Assembly: GCA_963731265.1 (NCBI GenBank) | Contig: CAVSUE010000001.1 | Span: 416,001 to 480,000 of the forward strand | Direction of reading: 5' to 3' | DNA from: an uncultured Verrucomicrobiae bacterium | GTDB taxonomy: Bacteria > Chlamydiota > Chlamydiia > Chlamydiales > Rhabdochlamydiaceae | Length of the DNA stretch: 64,000 nucleotides | Position numbers and translations under genes: made by a program | In this document: piece by piece, positions 29,314 to 37,329 of the stretch | Numbering within the stretch: position 1 is the first letter of the stretch | How the letters are laid out: the number at the start of each line of letters is the position of its first letter | The notes under the pieces: model-generated | What the model saw: only the letters and a program-made list of their open reading frames with translations | Databases searched by the model: none | Told to the model about the DNA's origin: nothing

Positions 29314-30336
29314 TCAATTTTGCAGGTTGCAATAGAAAAGGAATGTTGCCTGCGGGGCTATGCTCTTCATGAGTTCTCGCGTGAAGGGAACGTGGCTCGT
29401 TTTTTGCGGAGGGGGATTTTCAGCCAGGATAACTGTGGCAATATCCTCATAGCCCCGTTTATCTGCAACGAGAGCCACTAAAGCCGATTGAAGGGGAGAG
29501 ACGGTAGGATTGAAGGCGGCATTTTCGAGATAATGCCCAACATAGATTGTCCCGTCGCGAGTTTGGAGAGCCAAGCCAGAGCGGCTTTTACTGTAAGGGG
29601 CATAGGAAGTACGATAAGCTTCGATCGCGAGTGCAACCAGCGGATCAGGATGATTAGATTGAAAGTCTAGTCCACGCGTAAGCAAATTGCCTTCCACCCC
29701 TAGATCTCTAGGCCCAAAAGCATCAGGGAGTAATTCGGATAATTTTCGCGGCGGGTGGGTTGGTGTGAGAATGTCTAGATCTTTTCCAAGTTCGTTCAAA
29801 AATTGCCGGCAATGGCCGCAAGGGGCGGCAGAAAGGGCAATCGCTTCAATTTCCGTTTCTCCATTAAGTCTAGCAACGATAACCGCGAATTGTTCTCCAT
29901 GGATGGTCTGATTCAAATGAAAGCCAGGAAATTCAAGATTGACTCCCAAATAAATGTTGCCGCTTTTTCCTAGCAAAGCAGCGCCGACTTTATAATCGGA
30001 GATGGGTGGACGGGCAAACTGCTTTGCAATGGGAATAAGCTCTTGGAGGAGCTCTTGTTTACTGAGCCCGGTTTGATTAAGAACCATACCCACTTTTTCC
30101 TTAACAATCACAAAAGGATTGGCCCCCAGAGCCTCCATGATGATTTTCGTTTGCAGTTGTTTTTTAGCAATTGCCGTTTCATGGGCATCCATTTCTACTT
30201 TCATCGGATTGCTGCTTGTGGCTGCAGGAATTTCTTCCGGATGAACAGCGGGGGCTTGGGGTTGGAAATATTCATTAGGCCTATTCAGATGATCTCTTAA
30301 AACAAATCGTTCCTTGGGTTGCTCTGATATTGTCAT
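29314..30336 (-). CDS. cdd: Cytidine deaminase (two-domain type) with N-terminal extension
   Basis: PISDYKVGA, GVNLEF, HGEQ, PCGHCRQF, SYAPYS, ENAAFNP. Confidence 0.9.
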   Translation of the reverse strand: MTISEQPKERFVLRDHLNRPNEYFQPQAPAVHPEEIPAATSSNPMKVEMDAHETAIAKKQLQTKIIMEALGANPFVIVKEKVGMVLNQTGLSKQELLQELIPIAKQFARPPISDYKVGAALLGKSGNIYLGVNLEFPGFHLNQTIHGEQFAVIVARLNGETEIEAIALSAAPCGHCRQFLNELGKDLDILTPTHPPRKLSELLPDAFGPRDLGVEGNLLTRGLDFQSNHPDPLVALAIEAYRTSYAPYSKSRSGLALQTRDGTIYVGHYLENAAFNPTVSPLQSALVALVADKRGYEDIATVILAENPPPQKTSHVPFTRELMKSIAPQATFLFYCNLQN

Positions 30337-30356
30337 TTCTCCTCCCTAAGCTTAAA

Positions 30357-30476
30357 CTGGACTTTACAACTTTTTGGGCCCGCCTGCCTCGCCTATTTAC
30401 TCTCGGCCGTTCGAACATGGGTCGAACGGCCGAGTAAATTTCGAGGCCTTCGGACTCGAAAAGCTGCAAAGTCGAG
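30357..30476. mobile_element. CTCGACTTTG-family palindromic element, copy 1
   Basis: Ends CTGGACTTTACAACTTTTTGGGCCCG / CGGACTCGAAAAGCTGCAAAGTCGAG; central hairpin CTCGGCCGTTCGA...TCGAACGGCCGAG; TTAAA on both flanks. Confidence 0.8.
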
Positions 30477-30588
30477 TTAAACTACCTAACAACATAAGCA
30501 TTCAACGAAATTCTTTTCAATCCTGGACAACAAAGCAAAATATTCCGATACTCGTTTACACTGTTAATTATTTGTAAAGGAGGTTCCA

Positions 30589-31371
30589 ATGAAACTGATT
30601 ACGATTTGTCTTTTGTCCCTCACTGCATTCTCCGCTAGCGTTTTTGCCGATACGACCGACAATCAACCTTTCGTTCTTCCGGAACATGTCTCAAAGTGGG
30701 AAGGAAAGCCCTACGAGGGTCCTATCGAAGTTTCAATATGGCGTGAAGAAAACGTCATTCGCGCCCTAATAGAAACTCAGGATCTCATCATGACCTCTCT
30801 CACAATAGACAAACTGGATGCCTATGTGGCATTATTCGGCGACCCTGCCGCTGTCGAAAAATATATGGATGCCATGACTTGGACGAGCAAAGAGGTCGGA
30901 ATGGCTGTCAGCCGTTGGGTGCAGCGTTGGGAAGAGTTTCAAGATCCGTTTAGCGCTTTTGCCGTCTATTCAAAAAATGAAGGCGCGCATTTTATCGGTC
31001 ATCTCGTTCTGGGTCATGGCCGCCGTTATGGCCAATCCGAATTGGCCTTCTTGTTCGCCCCCCAACATCGCGATATTGAACACGCCGTCCAGGCTGTTAC
31101 CGCGGTTGTACAGGGTTATGTCCCGCACATTGCGGGCAAGCACCTTGTCAACCTGAACGGATCTGTTACGGCAAGCCCCCTCCACAGCGTCCATTCTACC
31201 GCGCGATTCGATGATACATTTTCCGGACAAGCCTTGGTTCGATCCGGCTTTAAGATCGGGGTGGAAGAAGTGCTTTGGGATGCTCCCCGTTTCAATTATC
31301 TGATCACGCTTGATCAAATTCATCAAAACAACGATTCCTCTCAGGATCTTTTGATTGACGGCGAAGATTGA
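30589..31371 (+). CDS. Exported GNAT (RimL-like) acetyltransferase-fold protein
   Basis: Signal peptide; IETQDL, FIGHLVLG, ELAFLF, STARFDD..S..AL.RSGF resemble the RimL/GNAT fold. AGGAGG RBS. Confidence 0.55.
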   Translation: MKLITICLLSLTAFSASVFADTTDNQPFVLPEHVSKWEGKPYEGPIEVSIWREENVIRALIETQDLIMTSLTIDKLDAYVALFGDPAAVEKYMDAMTWTSKEVGMAVSRWVQRWEEFQDPFSAFAVYSKNEGAHFIGHLVLGHGRRYGQSELAFLFAPQHRDIEHAVQAVTAVVQGYVPHIAGKHLVNLNGSVTASPLHSVHSTARFDDTFSGQALVRSGFKIGVEEVLWDAPRFNYLITLDQIHQNNDSSQDLLIDGED

Positions 31372-31699
31372 TGATGTCGGTGTGCAGAGCCGATGTTTAT
31401 TGGCTCTGCTCACGAGCTCTCGCTGGCAGCCCTTGGCATCGCGTCTACGCGTCACATCTCAGTTGGTCCATTGATCGGCACTCAAAAGAATAGCCCGTTG
31501 ATAACCCGGTTGTTTAAAAGAAACTGTCCAGCCTGAATCTGGATTCTTGATTAAAGCGTCTTGGTTGAGACTAATTAAATATTTAATAGTAATAAATTGT
31601 TTAATTACGTGTTTTTTTTAAAAGTCAATGTAACAAATTCTCTTTCAATAAATCAAGAATAGTTTTTTCGGTAATAATTTTTTCTGAAAAATAATTAAA

Positions 31700-32239
31700 T
31701 AGTCGACCCTGATTTAGGCTCCTGCCATCATCGCTAACCCATCCTGGTTCTTTTTCTGTCGTCCACTTCCAACAACCTTTCGAACAAGACCATAATCTAT
31801 TCCAGCTTCCAAGCAGAAAAAAGCCCCAGTTTCCTGAGGATCGTTCTAAAGTTGTGAGCTATTGCTACCAGGAGTCCATGGATTTTGTCCCCCGTTGTTC
31901 CTTTCAGGTAACACCGTCCCAGCTTCCATCACTCTTCACGTGTCCAATCCAAGGCTCTATTGCTTGTCTTCGTTTAAGGGCTTTTTTAAGGGAAGGGGCT
32001 AACCCCTTTGTTCGACTGATCAGCACTTGCTTGCTCTTCACACCATGTCCTCGGAACCCTAGATCTACAAGCACTCTTTTTATCTCGATTTGTGTTACCC
32101 CTTCCGCCCACAGCGCTTCTTCAAGGAGGTGTCCATCGTAAGGGTTTCCTGCATGTGTTGTAAGCGTTAATGCAAGTCCTGTTTTTTCAGTGACAACAAG
32201 ACACGCCTTTGCTCCGAACTCATAAGGCTTGTGAGCCTT
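31700..32239 (-). pseudogene. IS5-family transposase remnant (3' half, frameshifted) with one terminal repeat
   Basis: Manual translation KAHKPYEFGAK...GNPYDGH...VDLGFRGH...KRRQAIEPWIGHVKSDG / frameshift / GRCYLKG..GD...AHNFR. End sequence TAGTCGACCCTGA at 31700. Confidence 0.85.
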
Positions 32240-32663
32240 AGAAGACTTGAAGCTTATTTGCTCAGCTTCTCCTCACTTGGCGAAGTTGGAAAGTCTAGAA
32301 ATTTTAGAAGTCGAAGATGATTTTAGAGACACCAAGGTGAAAATAGAGGCTGAACGACGAAAGAGCACCCTGACTACGCTTATGTGGCAAATATCTCAAG
32401 TCGTTGAAGATAAGATTCAAGAGACGAACACATATGGAGTGATTCTTTATCAAGCAATGTGCCCCTGGGTGAGTTGCCAACAGAAGCTAAAAATTTTTCA
32501 AGCAGAGCTCGGGGAGATTGCAGAGAAATCGAATACAGCCAAATCGATGGTTGAAGCCTTTGACTCTAAAAATTACAATGAATTGGCACATGAGTTTAAT
32601 GCCCTGGTTGAAGAGTAATTAATACTAGTGCAAAAACATACGCATATGTGAAAATATGCTGTC

Positions 32664-33278
32664 ATGAAGAACACATATTCTCCAGGTGAATTCGGATTAT
32701 TAATCGGAAGGACGACAAAAACCCTGCAAAGAGGGGATCGTAAGGGCATACTTAAGGCCCACCGTTCCATTACTGGACGGCGCTATTACACCCATGACCA
32801 ATATGTGGAGACAACTGGACAAAAAGCCAAAAAACGACAGTTGGTCACTTATTGTCGAGTATCAAGTGCAGGTCAAAAAAAGGATTTGATTTCACAGAAA
32901 AATGCTGTAGAATCTTTCTGTTTGACAGCAGGGAAAATCATCGAAGAGAAGTTGGAAGATATCGGTTCGGGGCTAAACTACAAGCGGAAACATTTCGTAC
33001 AATTGATGGAAATGGTAGAACGAGGTGAGGTATCTGAAATTGTAGTGGCCCATAAAGACAGGCTCGTCCGTTTTGGGTTCGAATGGTTCGAAAAATTCTG
33101 TAACGACCACGGAGTTTCCATTCTCGTTATGAATGCGGACTCTCTTTCACCTGAGCAAGAAATGACCAAAGATCTCCTATCAATTATTCATTGTTTTTCC
33201 AGTCGCTTATATGGCCTGAGAAAATACAAGAAGAAAATCATTGAAATGGCCAAAGACAATGAGAACGGTCAAGCGTAG
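32664..33278 (+). CDS. tnpA: IS607 serine recombinase/transposase TnpA
   Basis: MerR-like HTH (TLQR...TGRRYYT), catalytic YCRVSS, DIGSGLN, HKDRLVRFGF, CFSSRLYGLR. Confidence 0.93.
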   Translation: MKNTYSPGEFGLLIGRTTKTLQRGDRKGILKAHRSITGRRYYTHDQYVETTGQKAKKRQLVTYCRVSSAGQKKDLISQKNAVESFCLTAGKIIEEKLEDIGSGLNYKRKHFVQLMEMVERGEVSEIVVAHKDRLVRFGFEWFEKFCNDHGVSILVMNADSLSPEQEMTKDLLSIIHCFSSRLYGLRKYKKKIIEMAKDNENGQA

Positions 33279-34779
33279 GTCACTTCCACTCAACGCAAAA
33301 AAACAAACAGCTCTTGAAAGCTTATGCCAGGCATACACTGGTGAAAAACGGCTTTGGCTGCAACACTTCCAAGCCTGGGATTGTCAACCCTATTTAGGAA
33401 GGCCCCGAGCAATTCGGGATGAGAAAATCAAACAAGGCTATCGTTCACCCCACCAATTGCAGGCTCGTCATTGGAAACTTGCCCTTGATGACGCAGCTGA
33501 AACATGGGATAAATATTGGCAGTCCACTTTTGTTAAAGTCCGCTTAAAGATCTCCCATCGGAAAGCACTCTCCGAGACGGAGAGCCATTATGCCTATTGG
33601 CTTCTGAAAGGTTATTCCCAGTTTTCCGCCATGATGCAGGGGAAATGCCCGGAGCCGTCCTTTGCCATTGATGATCTCTCCCGGAGGTATATTGCAGGCT
33701 ATGTGCGGAGGATCACCAGACTCTGCAAAGGAAAACCACCCACTGTAAAAAAAGCCAGAAGCGTCCGGTTCGATGCCAACTGTTACGATCTTTTCGAGCA
33801 CAAAGGGCGTCAATACATCAAAATCATGTCTCTGATTCCCGGTAAGAGGATTTGTATCCCCTTATCCGGCAAAGCGCCTATTTCAGGCACAATTAGCCTT
33901 GTTTTGTCAGAAGGAAACGTTGACTTTCACATCCCTCAAGAATTAAAAAAGAAGAATCCTCCCAAGACATCTCCCGAAGCTGTAGACTTTGGATATACTG
34001 AAGTCATGACGGATACCCAAGGCATTCGTTATGGGACTCAATTTGGTACAATACTGACACAGGTATCAGAAAATCGGCACCAGAAAATGCAAAAACGTCA
34101 CAAGCTGCATGCCATGGAAAAGAGACCGACAACTTCCAATCCCAAAAAGGCAAAATCCCTTCGAAAATATAATCTAGGCAAGCAAAAACACCATGCGGCT
34201 GCCAAACGACTCAGGGCCACATTGGAAAGAGAAATCAACACCTCAATCAACCAACTCATCCAAACGAAAAATCCCTCCCTCTTAATCACAGAAGACTTGC
34301 GCCATACTTTTAAGTATAACAAGTCTAAACAAATGAATAGAAGACTCTCCAGCTGGTTGAGAGGTAAACTACAAGATCGAATTGCTTTTAAAGCGTTGGC
34401 GGAAGGTTTCCGTCATGAGCAGGTCAATCCGGCCTACGGCTCTCAAAGCTGTCCCTTTTGCGAATTTGTGGATCATCGAAATCGCAAAAACGACCGCTTT
34501 CAATGTCTGCATTGTGGACATGAGGACATATCGGACCGGATTGCCGCACTGAACTATGCCAGAAGATTTGGCGATCCTGAGATCGGACGGTATACGCCTT
34601 ACCGTCAAGTAAAAACCATTCTTTTGGACAGGTTCCACCGCCGATTGGAAACGGGGCAACCCGTGACTGTTCCAGGCAGGACTCTAGAAACCGTAATGGA
34701 GATGCGTCCACCGTCTCCATCCAGACCACGGAAGAGAGAAATCTCGCGAACCGGACGGTCAATCAGAGAGCGAAATTAA
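33259..34779 (+). CDS. tnpB: TnpB RNA-guided endonuclease
   Basis: RuvC-I AVDFG, RuvC-II TEDL, VNPAYGSQSCPFC / CLHCG zinc finger, RuvC-III SDRIAALN; overlaps tnpA. Confidence 0.9.
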   Translation: MRTVKRRSLPLNAKKQTALESLCQAYTGEKRLWLQHFQAWDCQPYLGRPRAIRDEKIKQGYRSPHQLQARHWKLALDDAAETWDKYWQSTFVKVRLKISHRKALSETESHYAYWLLKGYSQFSAMMQGKCPEPSFAIDDLSRRYIAGYVRRITRLCKGKPPTVKKARSVRFDANCYDLFEHKGRQYIKIMSLIPGKRICIPLSGKAPISGTISLVLSEGNVDFHIPQELKKKNPPKTSPEAVDFGYTEVMTDTQGIRYGTQFGTILTQVSENRHQKMQKRHKLHAMEKRPTTSNPKKAKSLRKYNLGKQKHHAAAKRLRATLEREINTSINQLIQTKNPSLLITEDLRHTFKYNKSKQMNRRLSSWLRGKLQDRIAFKALAEGFRHEQVNPAYGSQSCPFCEFVDHRNRKNDRFQCLHCGHEDISDRIAALNYARRFGDPEIGRYTPYRQVKTILLDRFHRRLETGQPVTVPGRTLETVMEMRPPSPSRPRKREISRTGRSIRERN

Positions 34780-34833
34780 AAATAAACACGTTTGAACACG
34801 TTTTTAGGAACAGTTGGACACAATAGATCGGGA
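34620..34833 (+). ncRNA. Predicted TnpB omega/reRNA (right end plus about 20-nt flank guide); 5' boundary approximate
   Basis: Inferred from position; hairpin ACGGG-GCAA-CCCGT in the tnpB 3' tail; guide would start TTGGACACAATAGATCG at 34814. Confidence 0.5.
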
Positions 34834-35106
34834 TCATCACATTTCCAAATTGCATGCTTATGTGAATCAATAGGGAATTTTGACGGCGTGGGGTAATCTC
34901 CGAGCTCAATGCGTGCAGAATTTGTCGGCGCTACCAGAATCGAAACAGAGCTTGCAAAAGCTTTTCCAGATGGGAGAGTAAAAAAAAGGCCTCCATCAAA
35001 AGCGGCGGCCCAGTTTAAGGATTGTGTTATTTAATTCTACTTTCTAGTAAAATTTATTTTTATTATTAAATTATCTTTTAAAGAAATTTTCACCAAGAAA
35101 TCAATC

Positions 35107-37143
35107 GTGGCGAATCCGATCACACATTCACGCTTTCCCACCCCTGCAGCTATTATACCGCAGAATACTGCGCTGCTGGAGATGCCGCAAGATATAGTCA
35201 CTCAAATTTTGACAAATTTATCTAGCCAGGACATCGCGACAGGTTCCTTGGTCTGTAGACAATGGACGCAGATGCTGAAAGATGATGATGTTTGGCGCAA
35301 ATTATTTCATCACCATTTTCCAAGGGGTAACGCAAGGTCCGCTGAGAATTTCCAGAGCGCCTACCGAGGTATTTATTCCAATCTTACAAAAGGAGTGTAT
35401 GCTTTGCATACCCTGACAGGCCATGGGAACCCGGTAATCTCTCTTGCCGTGTTCGATGGGAAGCTCTTTTCGGGTTCTTCCGACTGCACAATCAAGGTCT
35501 GGGAGCTAGAAACGGGGCAGTGCACAGCGACGCTTACAGGCCACATGAACGCGGTTTGCTCTCTTGCCGCCTTCGATGGGAAGCTCTTTTCGGGCTCTAA
35601 AGACAGCACCATCAAGGCCTGGGAGCTAGAAACGGGCGAGTGCATAGCGACCCTTACACGCCACAGGAAGTCGGTTTGCTCTCTTGCCACCTTCGACGGG
35701 AAGCTCTTTTCGGGCTCTAAGGACTGCACCATCAAGGTCTGGGATTTAGAAACACTACAGTGTACAGCGACCCTCACAGGCCATCAGGGCTTGGTTGGCT
35801 CCCTTGCCGTCTTCGACGGGAAGCTCTTTTCGGGCTCTTGGGACCACACCATCAAGGTCTGGGATCTAAAAACACGACAGTGCACAGCGACCCTCAAAGG
35901 GCATGGGACCTCGGTTTGGTCTCTTGCCGTCTTCGATGAGAAGCTTTTTTCGGCCTCTGCCGCGGGCCCCATCAAGCTCTGGGATATAAAAACAGAACGG
36001 TGCACAGGGACCTTTATAGGCCATCATGGCGGGGTTTTATCTCTTGCGGTCTTCGATGGGAAGCTTTTTTCGGCCTCTTGCGACGACACCATCAAGATCT
36101 GGGAGCTAAAAACAGAACGGCGCACAGCGACCCTGACAGGCGATGGGGGCGGGGTTTTCTCTCTTGCCTTCTTCGAGGGGAATCTCTTTTCGAACTCTAG
36201 CGACCACACCATCAAGGTTTGGGATTTTACAGCGGATCACAGGACGATTTTTCAAGAGATCGCACTATTATTAGAAAATGAAAGTCAGAATGTCGTTGAT
36301 GCCCTTGAGCGCTTTAAGCGGATGCCTAAAACGGCAAAACATGCCATCTATGCAAAGCTCTATGCAATTTGCCAACCATTTGCCTATCCCGGATGTACAG
36401 AAGATGCTTTTTATGATAAAAATGGACAAATCTCTACGCGTCTTCAAAAGGCTCAGGCAATTCGGGACTATTTGAATGATCAGCCTCCAAACAACAACCC
36501 TCGATTGCTGGCTCACCTAGGGATCAAAACCGAAAAGGAGTATTCAGAAAAGCTAAAGTGCCGTTCAGAGTATTTAGAAAAAATCGGCATTTTGTCGGCA
36601 GAAGACGTGAAACTGATTTGCTCAGCTTCTCCTCACTTGGTGAAGTTGGAGACCTTGGAGATCATAGAAGTCGAAGAAAATTTTAGAGACAACAAGGTGA
36701 AAATAGAGGCCGAACGACGAAAGACCGAGCTGACAACGCTTGTGGGGGAAATATCCCAATTCGTCGAAGATAAGATTAAAGAGACGAATACATGTGGCGT
36801 GATTCTTTATAAAGCAGTGTGCCCTTGGGTCAGTTTCCAACAGAAGTTAAAAGCTTTTCAAGTAAAGCTAGGTGAGATTGCAGATAAATCCAATACGGCT
36901 AAGTCGATGGTCGAAGCCTTTGATTCTAAAAATTACAATGGATGGGCTCGTGCATTGAATCCTCTGGTTGAAGAGTTTCACACATTAGATCGCACGCATC
37001 AGCTTTCCAAATTGCATGCTTATGTGAATCAATGGGGAATTTTGACGGCTTGGAATCACCTTCGAGAGGAAGGCATGCAGAATTTGTCGGCGCTACCAGA
37101 ATCTAAGCGGAGCTTGCAAAAGCTTTTTCAAATGGGACAGTAA
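35107..37143 (+). CDS. F-box / 7x WD40 protein with C-terminal domain of unknown function (candidate SCF-hijacking effector)
   Basis: LLEMPQDIVTQILTNL...VCRQW...DDDVWR F-box; seven TLTGH..V.SLAVFDGKLFSGS.D.TIKVWD repeats. Confidence 0.92.
   Translation: MANPITHSRFPTPAAIIPQNTALLEMPQDIVTQILTNLSSQDIATGSLVCRQWTQMLKDDDVWRKLFHHHFPRGNARSAENFQSAYRGIYSNLTKGVYALHTLTGHGNPVISLAVFDGKLFSGSSDCTIKVWELETGQCTATLTGHMNAVCSLAAFDGKLFSGSKDSTIKAWELETGECIATLTRHRKSVCSLATFDGKLFSGSKDCTIKVWDLETLQCTATLTGHQGLVGSLAVFDGKLFSGSWDHTIKVWDLKTRQCTATLKGHGTSVWSLAVFDEKLFSASAAGPIKLWDIKTERCTGTFIGHHGGVLSLAVFDGKLFSASCDDTIKIWELKTERRTATLTGDGGGVFSLAFFEGNLFSNSSDHTIKVWDFTADHRTIFQEIALLLENESQNVVDALERFKRMPKTAKHAIYAKLYAICQPFAYPGCTEDAFYDKNGQISTRLQKAQAIRDYLNDQPPNNNPRLLAHLGIKTEKEYSEKLKCRSEYLEKIGILSAEDVKLICSASPHLVKLETLEIIEVEENFRDNKVKIEAERRKTELTTLVGEISQFVEDKIKETNTCGVILYKAVCPWVSFQQKLKAFQVKLGEIADKSNTAKSMVEAFDSKNYNGWARALNPLVEEFHTLDRTHQLSKLHAYVNQWGILTAWNHLREEGMQNLSALPESKRSLQKLFQMGQ
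35410..36226 (+). repeat. 120-bp tandem coding repeat (WD40) x7
   Basis: AAGCTCTTTTCGGG..., ATCAAGGTCTGGGA recur every 120 nt. Confidence 0.95.
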
Positions 37144-37164
37144 GAAGCGAGTTTATGCTACTTC

Positions 37165-37329
37165 CACTTGAAAGTTAGGAAAATTTCTGCTTCAGCATCT
37201 TCACTCTTACGGCCGTCGTTTTGCGACGGCCTTTTTGTTCGTTCCATCGACAATGTGCTTGCACATGGTCTGCTTCAACAAACAAAAAATTGAAGCGCTG
37301 AAATTGAAATTTTCTATAACTTTCAAGTG
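37165..37329. mobile_element. MITE-like palindromic element between convergent genes; supplies the pgm stop codon
   Basis: Ends CACTTGAAAGTTAGGAAAATTTC / GAAATTTTCTATAACTTTCAAGTG; internal hairpin GGCCGTCG-TTTTG-CGACGGCC followed by T5. Confidence 0.7.

Larger units (their letters stand above)
32616..34813 (+). mobile_element. IS607-family insertion sequence (tnpA + tnpB)
   Basis: Boundaries defined by the interrupted gene: GTTGAAGAG|TAATT...GGAACAG|TTGGAC. No inverted repeats; AG(T) at both junctions; AACACGTTT direct repeats at the right end. Confidence 0.92.
32240..34981 (+). pseudogene. Truncated third F-box/WD40 paralogue (C-terminal domain only), split by IS607
   Basis: 32240-32615 and 34814-34981 join into ...HEFNALVEE|LDTIDRDHHISKLHAYVNQ*GILTAW...LFQMGE, matching the C-termini of 35107-37143 and 48907-50943. 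TGG>TAG stop at 34871. Confidence 0.9.

Noticed and set aside
33259..34779. Nuclease-dead TnpB (TldR-like) or Cas12
   Set aside because: All three RuvC acidic residues appear present, tnpA is adjacent and there is no CRISPR array
32616..34813. IStron (group I intron-IS607 chimera), since the IS sits in a gene
   Set aside because: Only about 48 bp precede tnpA, leaving no room for a ribozyme core, and the host gene is already a pseudogene
35410..36226. 120-bp periodic repeats as a CRISPR array
   Set aside because: They are in-frame WD40 coding units with no repeat-spacer structure, and no cas genes are present
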